A stretch of DNA of 64,000 nt from Azolla caroliniana (taxonomy: Eukaryota > Plantae > Polypodiophyta). The translations under genes were made by a program, and so were the position numbers. The stretch lies in the NCBI GenBank assembly GCA_043228905.1, contig JBHGNT010000092.1, positions 29,713 to 93,712 on the forward strand. The letters are read 5' to 3'. Below, in pieces: positions 1-13,081 of the stretch (within the stretch, counting starts at the first letter, position 1; each line of letters starts with the position of its first letter). The notes beneath the pieces are model-generated. The model searched no databases, was not told the DNA's origin, and saw nothing but the letters and a program-made list of their open reading frames with translations.

Positions 1-499
1 AGCCATTTGGGGATATTTGCTCGAATCTATACTAACTTGTTTCTCTTTCAACGAGAAGTAGAGGCACCCATCTCTTTTCCCTTACTCCTTCTCCCCCACT
101 TTTCACTTCTCCCTTTTTTCAACCTCAACATATTTAGCAAATTTTGTAGCAACCCTTAAACAATCTTGAATATTAAGAATGCCATTATAAACCTTTCATC
201 GACTATAGAAATACATGAAGGTGGAAATTCTAATACATGAATTTTGTTGCACTAATTCTAATACATGAAGGTGGAAATATTTTCCTCCGATGACCATAAA
301 TCCTGAAAGAGACCAAAATCAAAATACACACAAGAGTTACCATCCTAATTATCTCAAAATGAAGAACACTAAAGTCTATTGAAATAAGAGATTAAAATGC
401 TCAAACAAGGTTGATCACCTCTAACTACGGTTCCTAGACAAATGTGAGTATGTTAGACTTGCTTCACACATCATTCCCATAGTAGAGTTGAGGGATGGT

Positions 500-1800
500 T
501 GGAGTGCAATGAAATTATTGCAATCATTAAAATTGAGAAGGGAGGACATTTGTACTAGTGGAGGACAAGAGTTTCGGGACACAAAAGTCGAGCCTATTGG
601 TGACATGAAATATTGAGAAACAGTGAGGCCCAACATTTATTGCATTAATGAGATGGGCTTGAAAAACTTCTTTAGGTCATCTAAGAAGTAGTCATGCATG
701 GCATTAGTGGTGAATTTTGAAAGTGATTAAAGTTCAAAAGCGACGAAAGGATATATTTAACTCGTATCAAATGTTATCACAAACTCTTATCTATGGGGCT
801 AGTTGGGATGGAGACTTCACTAAGGTCTATGGACAACTTCTAGTATTTATGGAATTATTGTTGTTCAAAAGTTGGGCTCCAAGAACAAAAGCTAGAGTGG
901 CATGACTATGTGGGTGGCGGCTTGGATGTCGCAATCAATTGTGTTCATATCTTCAAGATTCAAGATTTAGATAATGTAATCATGAGTCAAGCTATATTTG
1001 CACTAGTATGTGGGTGTATTTGTGTTACTCCTTTTTTGTGGAGGCAATGGTCAAGAGTGACTTGGTGATATCGATGTGTTGGAGGTGAAGGTGGTTTGTC
1101 ATTAATTAGTGTAATTACTTGTAATTACTTGGTGACTTGATGGAGTTGTTGTCGTCTAGCCCATCAGAGTTGTAATTCTCAAATTCTTTTATTGTTGTGT
1201 TAATGGTGTTATGATGTCTTATTCCTTTATAATAGGATTCTTCAAAGGATATGCTAATATAAACTAATATTAATACTATGTGTCTTACTACATGTCTCCA
1301 AAAATTGTCATTGTCAATGATTTTGAGTGCAAGTTACTGTCTCGATTTGCGTTGACTCTTTGCTAGACAAGTTAGTTGGTGTATAAACACATACACTTTC
1401 TTAGAGCATATGGTGTGTTGGATTGTCCTTTCTATGATGTGCAGGCTAGATTGGCGCATGTTGTTTTCTTCCTATAGGGACTTCGCTTTAAACATGTTTA
1501 AGAGAGCATGATTGTTCGAGATCTCAAGCTCCTTAGTCAAGTGCACGGTTATTCATCCACATGTGTGGGTTTCTTCTAGTGTAGGTTCCTTCAAGTGCAC
1601 TCTCATTTTAGTGTGTGTCCGTTTTTCACTGTGATCGTTCTTTTAAATTACATTATTTTCACCATATGCTTATCTAAGGACATGCTTTTTGGTTGAGCAT
1701 GCACTTGTCATTTTAACACTAGCTTGTTGGTAAGAAGATTGTTTAAATTGACATATTGTATTGCTCTTTGGGGGGGGGGGGGGGGGCACTATTTGATTGG
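500..1800 (+). mobile_element. Highly degraded LTR-retrotransposon (probably copia RT/RNaseH) remnant
   Basis: Only weak echoes of copia motifs (LKKSLYGLKQ-like near 660-710) and a G-run at 1770-1786; no intact ORF, boundaries uncertain. Confidence 0.3.
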
Positions 1801-4800
1801 GGATCCCATAGTATTGTTAGGGACTACAATGTGCACTCATTAGAGGCATGTGCGAGGACAAACTCTTTAATGACAATGGAATCAATGACGGAAATGGAGT
1901 CAACAAAAATGATGGTGACGAGGAGAAGGAGAGTGTTTGGTGGTTATAAAGATGAAGATGGAGTGGGGGATAGTGATAGTGATGGTGGGTAAAAGAGGGT
2001 GAATTTTGGTGATGAGGATCAAGATGTTGGAGAGTGTGCAGTGGGGTCTAGTGGGTAGCTATAATGAGTTTGGGGTAGCTGGTGAGGATGTTATGACAAG
2101 GTGAGATTTGTTCTTCTTGGTAGTGATGGCATGTGCATTAGCAGTGATGTTGAATGTTAGATTTAAGGGGGGGGGGGGGATTATGGAGAGGAGGTTAGAG
2201 ATGAACAAAGTTAGATAAAGAGGAACGAGGAAAAGACAAAGAAGGTTGTGAGGGAACAAAAAAAGGGTGCAATAAATCAATAAATAAAAGAAAACTCCGA
2301 TTGTGAAAAGAAAAGAAAAGTGGAAGAGAAATAGGAAGTAACAAACTATCTTTCAAGTTTGGTTGTGAACCTACAACCTTTGTGACTTGTAGGGAAAACA
2401 ATGGGATCAAGTTAGTAAAATGGGAATTTTTTATTGTGCAGTCACACATGGCTTGTGTGAGTGGAGCTACAAGTTTGGTTCACATCCTGGTGATGGTTTG
2501 CCATTGTTTTATAAACTTCCATGGTGTAAGATGGTCTTGGATGCAGTTACCAGTGGATTGGGTAGAACTATACTACATTCCAGTAGTGTCATGGTGCCAA
2601 TGGCATAGTGTGAAACACCCAAGTCACATGCATTCTCACAATTCCACAAGCATACCTTTAGGAGGTATATTTGATATCCCAATCATATTCCGAGAGGAAC
2701 TTGCCCTATCATGTCCTTCGGCTTGTCGGCCTTTCTCCCTCAAGTACCTTGAATGTTCAACAAAGGTTGGTAATATGGGTTCTTACCTGTATTACGCCTC
2801 AACCCGAGTTGGCATTCTTACTTCAAATCACTTGAAACTTACCCAATGCCCTCATAAAATTATACAAACCAAGTTGTTATTGACACGAGAGAAACGTGTT
2901 ACAAAATCCTTTCTTGATGTTTTGAATACAACTTCCAAAAAATAATTTGGATCTTTACATACATTGTCAACAAAATTGTGGCCCACCAGAGCATTAGGTC
3001 ACTAGAGAACCAGGTCTATAAATTTATATTTTTCCCATAAGGAAATAAGTAATACCTTTATAACATAACATTAAGAAGTCTTTGAGGATGGTTGACAACT
3101 TCATGTTATGTGGCCCAATATTGCTTAGTCATCTCCTCTTTGCATATATATTCAATAGAATTAGAGCATTAAGCCACTAGATAACCCATGAGTTTTTTTT
3201 TCGTGAAGAAATCCATAACACCCCTATCGTAGAAAATTGAGAAGGCTTTGAGAATGCTTGTTTGTGACAATTTCATGGCGTGTCGCTCAATATTGCTCTA
3301 TAATCTCCTCTTCAAAAGAAAATAAAAACTTAAGCCTTTGCATACATCTTCAATAAAAATGTGGCCCGCCAAAGTGTTAAAAGCTTTTATAGAACCCAAT
3401 AAAGTAATGGTATTTTTCGAAGTAAAGAAATAGGTAAGACCTTTGTCATAAAATATTCCATACACCTTCAACAAATCTATGTCCCACCATAGCATTAAGT
3501 CAACCTTCAACCATAATATGAGCAAAATTCTAGAACATTGCAAGACATTATCAAATCCACACATAGTAGTATTGCATGAATCTAGCCATGCATGTGGTTT
3601 GGCTAGTTAGTGAAATGCATAAAAATACTATTTATGTGTTATTTTCTTGGTATCTAAACTTAAATAATTAATAAATTAAGTATCCCATCTATTTCTCAAT
3701 TTGATTTTAGTTTTAACAATAACAAATTACAATAGTGGTGAAATAGACACGAATGTAATTAACAAAAGCTAAGATACTTTAATGACTATTCAAAGAATCC
3801 AAAAGCTAAGACACCCTAAGACTTCGAATGGTTGGAGTCGTGTTTTAATTTGATGTGTTATCATTGTAACGCATCATGCAAACCTTATCTCAAATGTAGA
3901 GTACTGGCATGATGCTTTGTTTATGGCACATCAAACATGATATTGTTAACATTATATTTCCTTGAGAAGATATAAATGTACAACTTTCACATAAGACATT
4001 GCATGCTTAGACTCATGTGATATTGAGAGTGTTGTTTTGGCAAGAAGTTGCCTTTGACAAATCCTCTTGACCATAAAGCACACAAACTTTCTCTGTACCA
4101 TTCAAATTTGTCGCAATTTATATGTACCACGCTCCATGTTAACCAACAAGAACATGATACAAATTGTCAAAATTAAAACTAACGTAAAGCGTTACACCAT
4201 CTTGTGAAATCTACTCATTTTAATAACAAACAAAATGGCGAGAGACTTTAAAAAATGTCATTGTTGTACGAGTCGCTACTAAAATCATTGTGGTCGATTT
4301 GAATGTTGAAGAATTCTACTTCTAGGTTTAAAACTGACAATTTCTAACAACACCACCATATATGTTCACTTTACGTATCCATATTTGTTTTCTCTTTCTA
4401 CAAATTGTGGGAATAAAGGACTTGATTACGGGTGTAGACTGGAGGGTCCAATTAATTTGATGGATAACCACATCTTACTAATTCTAACAAATAATAGCAT
4501 ATAGGACGGGACACAAATACCGCATTGAACAACAAATACATGATACTAGTTGAACGTCGATTACAAAGAGTCTCTAGAAGGCATGGTAAAAAGCACGGTT
4601 CAACTCAGGCACCTAGTGTATACACCTAGGCTTTTAGTTGATAAAGAGGCCACGACGCAAAAAAGCACGGATGGTAAAAAGCGTGCTTTGGTGCCTGGGG
4701 TAGCAATTGTGTGGACCCGGGCTCATCTACGGTCAAAGAAGTCGTGACATAGGAAGCACAGTTAAGAATGCTCTTACGCAAGTGCTGATGGTGTGTGTGT

Positions 4801-5578
4801 GTGTAAAGAAGTTGCGGTAGCAACCTTGCTGAAAGCTAGGTGTGAAAAGGTTGTATGGTCCACTTGGAGATGGGGTGGGGAATAACAGGTGAGTGTCGAC
4901 CGACAACAACAAGCGATTTTGTGCCTTTGCTTTATATTATGATTTGTTTTTTTGCTTTGACCCCAATGGCTCTCTTTTCCTGTTTTGCATATGTATATAA
5001 GCATGCATGCATGCAATGTATGTATGTATGTATGTATTGTGATCGAAAGTCAAGGAAGGTTTTTTTTTTTTAATATTTAAAGAAGATATCATTGTCATTA
5101 GTGTAAACATTTTACAAGATTTTTAAGCTCTATGTGATAAGCGGGGGGGGGGGGGGGAACAACCATTTAGGAAGCTGAAAATGCCAATAAGGAGTACCGT
5201 AATCGGATGTCATGAATGGAGTAGCTGACCAGACCAGACGATAAGAAACTCATTGCCGATATTGCAATTTTTTTTGAGCAATCAGAATCTCTCCTAATTA
5301 TGTATACCATCCCAAAATTGACCCGTTCAAAGTATGAACTATGTCTAACCAAATATTTTGGAACCAATTGAGCTGCTCATGTTTTAAGTTATTGATGGAA
5401 AATAGAGAGAGAGAGCAGAGAGACTTTCCAATTGAAAGTCAAGGAAGGATGCATATGAAGAGGGGGGGGGGGGGGAATATTCTTCTTATTCACAGAATAA
5501 GAAGAAGAAGAAGAAGGATGTGAGGAAATAACAGACAGAGAGGGTCCACAGACAAAGAGACACAGAGACACAGAGATT

Positions 5579-5609
<31 letters not shown>

Positions 5610-5780
5610 AAAGAAAGAAAGAAAGAAAGCTTGATGACATGTCTCCAGAGTCCATTCTTACAGGTAACAGCAGTTATTATTTACTGCTCTGTTCCCTGCT
5701 TTTCTTTTGTTTTTTTGGATCTTTTTTAAGTATCTACTGCATTAATATCTTGAAACAGTAACCTTTTCCTTGTACACATT

Positions 5781-5820
<40 letters not shown>

Positions 5821-6311
5821 ACCACTTATCAACATCTGCATAAAAATGCAAGGAATGCAAGAAATGCAGAGGACCCATCATCAGTATACATATCATGATT
5901 CCCAAAAGACCTCATCATCTCCATTCACTGAGAAGATCAATTGCTTTTTTTATTATCCAGGGATCCTCTGTTCTTCTCTCATTTTGCAATCTTACATTCA
6001 GAGAGACAGGAGGCAAGAGAGAGACAGACGGATTTAAAAAATAGGTTCAAGCTATTGTATATCCTAAAAAGCTTATACTTGTCCATACGTTTTTGATTCT
6101 TTCAACCCTTTCACCCAGAGTTCTTATATATTCTTTTCTTCTCTCTTTGTTGATCCATTGATAGAGGAGGAAGAAGAAGAAGATAAGAGAAAAGAGGAGA
6201 ATTTACTGTCCCCCCCCCCCCTTTTTCCCCCTCAAAAACCAAGAAGGAAAGCAAGACAGGTGCAGAGAGAGTGAGTGAGGGATTGAAAGAGAGAAAGGAA
6301 AAATTGGAGAG

Positions 6312-6380
6312 GCGGATGCATCTCAGTTGGTAAAATTATCTGGTGCAGAGCTGAAGGTCATGGGCTCAATCCCTACTACT
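6312..6380 (+). mobile_element. tRNA-derived SINE-like remnant upstream of the USP gene start codon
   Basis: A-box-like TCTCAGTTGGTAA (6321) and B-box-like GGGCTCAATCCC (6362) at tRNA-like spacing; no acceptor stem. Confidence 0.35.
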
Positions 6381-6643
6381 AATCTGAAGTGACATCCAGT
6401 AAAATCAGTGCAATTTTCCAGATTTTGAACCCTGGTGCATGGTTTAAGGAAAAATATCCTATGGGATTTATTACCAGGATACAACCCTGATGCAAGAAGC
6501 AAGAAAGGAAAATCATTGTGTTGATGTCCAAAGAGAAGGGAAGTGGTGAGATGGTTCACTGCTAGGAAGGATACAACCCCAACAGGAAAGAAACAAAAAG
6601 AACAATCATCATGATGCTGTTGAATTAGAAGGAAGGCGATACA

Positions 6644-9600
6644 ATGTCTCAAACACCATCATTAGAAGAAGCAGAAAATGTTGCAGTAATTGTTGGCAAA
6701 AAGAAAAGTAGTGTTCAAGCATTTGAATGGGCATTGAATACACTTATGACCTCTCATACCAGGATCCTTCACCTCGTACATGTGCTCAATCGGCAACAGT
6801 TTATTCAAACTCCAAGTGAGTAGAGCGATCATACATTTCTCTCTTTCATTTTCTTACTTGGTAGTAGTTCAATCACAAGTTTTTTAAATTCTGATAGACC
6901 CCCAACTGTCCCTTTTGTTCTTGAAATGCCCTTGAGTATTTGATATTATGGGAAAAACTCCAAAATACCCAGTAGGTCTCTCAAAATGCGACTGTTTTTT
7001 TGTGATTACCCCAAATACCCCTGGGCAACCCTGAAAGAATGAAAATAGGGGTGTTAATTCATCCCATATAATTGCACAAATTGCAGATATAATTGATAAA
7101 AAGAGTATGATGCAACTGATCATATGACAACTGCAGTATATAATTTCTTTTTCAATCGCAACCCTTGTTTTATTTCGAAATGCTTTAGAATTCTCTGTTT
7201 TAATTCTGAAATGCCACTTCTGTTTCCATTATTTTCCCAAACTCCCCGGGAGCCCCTGAATGAGAGAAAAAAAGGGATGACTTGATCCCATATAATTGCA
7301 CAATAGCTCATGTGAATGATAAAAAGTTGATGAATTAACCATTTGACACGTAATTTCTTTTTTGGAGATTTTCTGAAGGGCATTTCGGGAGATAATGAAA
7401 AACCAGGTTAATTTCTGAACATACAGGAATATTGAGGATATTTGTATTTTTTCTTTTCCTAAATCTACATCACTATTACAAAGGGTCTTGTTGCTGTATA
7501 ATCATAGTAGGCGGCAGGTCAACCTCATTCCCTAATGCAAAGTTTTGCCTCTTCTGTTATTATGATAGTAAGCTAGAAGTAAGAGGTAGCTATATTAGGG
7601 AATATGTTCGCTAAAGTTTTTTCTAGTCATCCGATTGATACTGTATTCAGAAATTGGGAACTTGTTGTGTTGTCTAAAGTTTTTGAAATATATCTCTTAG
7701 ATGCTGTTTTTGCATTATGTGTCCAGATGTGTTAAAGGTCCAAAACCTTACAGCAAAATGGCTAGTGAATGAATAATTCTAACTTTTACAGTGGTGATTT
7801 ATATAAACACAAAAAAAGATATTAGTTTTCTTGAATGTAATTGCATTTTTCTATTCAAATTTGAACAACTCATGATTGTTTCAGTTATAATTCAAAAGAA
7901 CCTGTGGTTGAAGCTAGTTCTTCATGATTCATATCTCTTCAAAAGGAGCTGTATGGCTCATCTATATTGGATTCTACTTGATGTTATAATCGGTCTGAAT
8001 TATTATTTTTGTTCTTTCTTTATAGTGGGTCCTCTGCCTTTCGACCAGGCAAATGAACAAGTTCAAAAGCAAGCTAGAGAACTGCAGTCTTTGAAAACTG
8101 AAAAGCTGCTACATGTGTACAAGAAGATGTGTGAAAAAAGAGAGGTAGATTCTGAACTAAAAACCATGGAGCGCGAACCTACTTTTATTCCTGCTTTATC
8201 ATTCTAGTCGCTGACATCCATTCCTTTGTATCAGTTGAATTGCTATGTTCATTGCATAGAAAGTGATTCAGTTCAGAAAACCCTGCTGGAACAAGTCACA
8301 AAACTTAGGATCAGAAAGTTGGTGCTTGGGTCTTCCTCAGGATTTAAAATGAAGTAAGCATTTGTAAGTATTATTAAGTCATTATGGATTGCAAGATGTG
8401 GCTACCTTCTCTTCATTGAACTGAAGGGAGTAATAACTATTTGGACAGGATTATACTACATTATCCAATGCTTTTCATATAAATATCTGTTGCCGGTTAA
8501 TGATATAGTCCTGGTGATAATTGTTTTTCCTACAAATAATATACAATCCTGCTACCTAAACAGAATAAAGAAATGAAATTAACCCTTTTCACAGCTTGGC
8601 AGCAAAGCTTGGTCCTTTGTACTTATTATTCCTTTTGTGTTTATTTCAGAATCTGAAATTTTGGAACCTGAAACTGCAAGTCAAACTTTAGAGACATGAT
8701 ATTTTTGTATATGAATCTTATGGCATACTGAATAATGATGCGTATATCTGCAGATGGTTTAAGAAATCGAACATCACTGTGTTTTTAACACAAAATGTTC
8801 CTGATTTTTGTGCTGTAATGGTGGTAAAAAATGGAAGACTTGTGTCGGTGAAAGATGCAACCGATTCCTCCGCAATTAAAGGTATTTCTGTTTGTTTTTT
8901 ATTCTCAGGTTTTAGGAATTGTAAGGCAAAGAAGACTATCAAAGTTGGGGGTTTAGTAGCTAGTTTTAGCGAGAATATTCTCTTTTTATCCTGTTCTTGG
9001 TATTCTTGATCAGCTCACTCACAAGTTGTATATATTCTTTACAAACAATAAAAAGAAAGAATCATCCTTTCATTTTTCTTGGGGAGCTCTAACTTTAATG
9101 TTCTCCATTGATCATCATTTCCATGAGTATGAATGAGTTACCAAGGCCAAAAGAATTTTCAAAGGATCAATGCTTTTGTTAGGAGAGGATACGTAATTTT
9201 TCTGAACAAAAATGAAGACCTGATATTAAGATTTTAGTAACAATATTTCCCTGCTGCTAAGTTAGAAGATCCATGGGATTAAATTAATTGTTTTAGGGCA
9301 GAACACTGATGTCTGAAATACACACAGATAGGAGATTTAGTATCTGAATGTGAATCATGTAGTACAGAACACTGGTATCGGAGTAATGTAGGGCAGAATA
9401 TCAATGTCTAATTGGTTCTCCTTCCTTTCCGCATTATGGGTTTCAATCTGAGTGCGTTGGGTGTCTTGATATAGAAGGGGATGCTAATCGACCAAATATT
9501 GTAGCTTGATAGGAGAATTAGTGTCTGAATGTGAATCATGTAGTACAGAACACCAATGTCCGAATCATGTAGGACAGAAGACCAATATCTGTAATTCATT

Positions 9601-10363
9601 CAGAAGGAGGCTTATCATCAATTGGCTGTGTCCTTTCCACATTATTGGTTTATATCTGATTGTGTTGGTTTTTTTCAATAGAGAGGTGGATGCTAATCGA
9701 TCAAATATTTCTATCTTGGTAGGAGATTTAGTGTCTGAATGTGGATCATGTAGCACAAGTGACTATGAGCAAATGCAATACAAAGGTTTGTCTTCAAGTT
9801 CAGACTCCACCTGGCGATTCGGTGAATATTTCACGGATGAATATTCCGAGCATTTCCGGTCCCGTGGAGATTCCAATTATCGAAATCCGTCTGTTGGAAA
9901 GCTTCGTGATGAAATAGAAGAAGTATTGACGAGCCAAGCCTTTCAAAGCCTGGAGATCGGATCTCGCTCTCCAGTACCGATCTATAACATGCTTGAGACA
10001 TCGAAGATAACAACAACAACAACAACAACTCCTCAACAACAAACTCATTCCGAAACCACCTTATGCAAAACATCAAACATGTCGATGCAGGGAACACAAG
10101 AAATGGTTTTGACGAAAGAGTCTGAAAGAACAGAGGAAGAGCTATGTGCCGATATAGGAGCGCCTTTGGAACCGAGTAAAATAGAGCGCGTGCACGGAGT
10201 GTCTAATGAAACAGAAAGACACGATGAAGTAATTGTTGCTCATTTGAATTCAGAGATACATGCTTTACGGCTAGAACTGGCTATGGTGAAGCGAGAAGCC
10301 GCGGAAAATAAACGCAGGTATCTTGAAGTTTTGAATGATCTCAAGTCAAAAGAAATGAATTGA
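6644..10363 (+). CDS. Universal-stress-protein (USP/STK_N-type) domain plus coiled-coil protein, similar to the N-terminal half of plant U-box kinases; about 392 aa
   Basis: GT-AG exons 6644-6815, 8026-8144, 8235-8353, 8754-8881, 9723-10363 join in frame (1179 nt). Motifs: VAVIVGKKKSSVQAFEWAL, LHLVHV, IQTPMGPLP, IESDSVQKTLLEQVTKLRIRKLVLGSSS, VPDFCAVMVVKNGRL. C-terminal heptad-like helix. Confidence 0.88.
9325..9760 (+). repeat. Three diverged tandem copies (~180-210 bp period) of the intron 4/exon 5 boundary
   Basis: TAG|GAGA(T/A)TTAGT(A/G)TCTGAATGTG(A/G)ATCATGTAG with exon-side starts at 9332, 9513 and 9723. Confidence 0.85.
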
Positions 10364-10809
10364 CTTATTGTCAAATCCATAAAAGTGTGAAAAACAGAGC
10401 TTGGTTGCGAGGTTGCTATGGAAAGGTCGTAATATATACCACTCATTCTCTTCGAAATGTTCCCCAGGTAACGTGACAAATAACAATTTCTACAAGCCCA
10501 AGTACGAAAGGTGGGGGTGGTGGTGGATATGGCAAATGTCTACTTTGTACTAGCATGTGGTGGTGAGAATATTAGTCTAATGTTTAAAATGAATGTTTGT
10601 AAAGATTCGGCAAATGTTACAAATTGTTTTAAGGAAATGAAACTAATATTCGCCAGGGAAAAAGTAAAAACAATTGGAAAATTTCGAAAGATTAGCCCTA
10701 TCTTTTACACTTCGTTAACAAGTTCGAAGTGGTTTATGATGTTTTTATCTTGCCAATGAGGGTTTGGTCCACCAACTCTAATGTCACAATTTGAAGGAGA
10801 GGGAGAGAC

Positions 10810-13027
10810 AAATAGATAGATAGATAGATTATATTATCGTTTTTGGAGGTCAAATATGACCTATGAGACAAAAAATATTACATTTCACGTGATACGTGTG
10901 AAAGTGAGTAGCAAGTCTCGATGTTTAAGAACTTTACCAATGAATGTTGCAATCGAGAGTGCACATTATGGTTGTGAGAAAAATTCGTGCAAAGATTGGG
11001 CTTGGTTGAAGAGATGCGGAAAGCATGGTTTAATATGATAAAAGGCAGAGCATTGTATCAAAGTGTGATACTCAAACTCTCGAACTTGTTTAGGGCAAAG
11101 TGTGCATAGTCAACCACTCTTATCAATTGTGCCCCAACGCCTCATTTCACATTGCAATGCATGTGAGCAAAGTCTCATGGAAGCAATGGTTTGAATGGAA
11201 CATAATGGGATGGGCTCCAACACATATCGATGTGTACGGTTTCCCCGTTCTGCGAAGAATATGGTTTGTAGTTAGGTGCAACATGTGTGGTATAATGTGT
11301 GAAGCATGAGCCTCCACATCTCTCCTATGTCATGATACATACATTGGCGTTGCAAAAAGGCATCATTTACCGACTCTAAGGAATCTAATGATGCATCATG
11401 AAACAAGTGTCTCACATCCTATCTACCAAACCATTTTTCTATATCTTGTATCCAACCAGAACATAAAATTTTGCTCTTTTGCATCTTTTGCGTCTTTTGG
11501 ATCTTTTTACTTGCTTCCCATACAATTCTAGGATTCAATCAATGTGGGGGACTTTTTTGAACCTTAAGCATATATTCAACAACCGTTTCCATGGCCGTGA
11601 TCTCAATGGGAAGTTATCCCGTCTCAAGGAGGAGGGAGTAGGGCGTTTGTTTCTTAACTTGTATAAACTTTGTAAGAAAATATTTTTGGACATTTTCAAA
11701 CTCTTTCCAAGTAGATTTAGGGATGTTACTGCCCCATACTTCCACCCCACAGAGAAGCATCAATGTCACCAAATTGTCGAAAAGGTATTTCTCGAGGACC
11801 CAACATTTAATATTTGCATGATTGCATGTGTTCTCAAGTGCATAGTATGCTCGCTTACCCGCCTCTAAGTGGCGTGTAGCACATTCATTCCATCTATGAT
11901 TGGAAGGAACTTTAAGGCCAAGATATTTGAAGCTTTCCACACAATCAAGTGGCTCATTGTTGTACATAATGCATGGTCTATCTCTTTTTTGGCTCTTCAC
12001 AAGCATAATCTTTGTTTTAGAGCTATTGACACTTAATTTAGTATGCATGCAAATTTTTCCAATGCTTTCATAAGCTTTTGTGCATCTCCTAAATTATTTG
12101 CAAAAAGCATTACATCATCTGCATATAGCAAAAACATAATCACAACATTCCTAATGATAACTTCTTCAACACATTTTTCCTTTGCAAACTTGGTAACCAT
12201 TTCTTCCAATTCATCAATGCATAGACCAAATAGTGTTGGTGAGAGTGGTCATCCTTGCTTAACACTAAAAGTGCTTTTGAAAAAATCTGAAAGTTTATCT
12301 CTCATGCGCACACAACATATAACCTTCTCATAAATTCGGGAAATTGCAAGCATATATTCACTTGGCACCTCAAATTCTTCCATTCGCCTCCAAAGATGCT
12401 TTCTTGAAGTCTACAAAGTAATAATATAAACCTTTACCTCTAAGGCGACTTTCCTCCATTAATACTCGAAGGGTGACAAGGTGATCAATGGTGCTATGGT
12501 GCTTTCGAAAACCAATTTGTCCATAAGCTCTCTTACCATTTTTTTTAGCCCATACACTTATATTTGATTCCATTACACATCCAAATAGTTTTGCCATTAA
12601 TGAGCCAACCATGATGGTTCAATAGTTGTTTACATTATTTATATCTCCACCTTTATGTAAAAGGTTTGATCCAATTTGTAGTCCAATCGAACAACATACC
12701 ATGTTGCAATGCATCATTAAACATATCGCTTATCCATACATGTGCTTCCTTTCTCGTCCATTTGAGCATTTCAACCTTTATACATTGAAGATTGCTTGCC
12801 TTTCGAGAGGTCAATTTCTTAAGTCCTATGCATATATTTTCAATTGTAAAGAAGGGAGACATATGTGAAAGAGAATCATAAGACATCATCTTTTCGGCAA
12901 GAGATAACTCATATAAATTCTTACAATGCATAGAAAAGTCGTGAAGAGTTAAGTCACCATAACTCTCAACACGTTTCCCCTTTAGATTTCCCCAAAATTT
13001 GGCACATGCATGTGCTTTCTCTTGAGT

Positions 13028-13029
<2 letters not shown>
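10810..13029 (-). mobile_element. 5'-truncated, degraded RTE/RTEX-like LINE (RT plus C-terminal CCHC finger)
   Basis: GFRKHHSTIDHLVTLRVLMEES..FVDFKKA and SVNSSKTKIM..FKYLG; C-terminal RLCSHALQCE..LCTLC..EYHTLIQC at ~11050-11180; (ATCT)n tail at ~10812-10829. Confidence 0.8.

Positions 13030-13079
<50 letters not shown>
13030..13079. repeat. (GA)n microsatellite, left flank and apparent target of an L1 insertion
   Basis: Pure GA tract; a shorter GA tract (15355-15366) flanks the other end of the L1. Confidence 0.95.

Positions 13080-13081
<2 letters not shown>

Noticed and set aside
1756-3564. ORFs of 73-187 aa as host genes
   Set aside because: No domain motifs or exon structure; likely decayed retroelement sequence I cannot assign
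3582-3607. Possible Helitron 3' end (CTAGCCA...TGGCTAG hairpin)
   Set aside because: CTAG is part of the stem itself, and no 5' TC end or Rep/helicase was found
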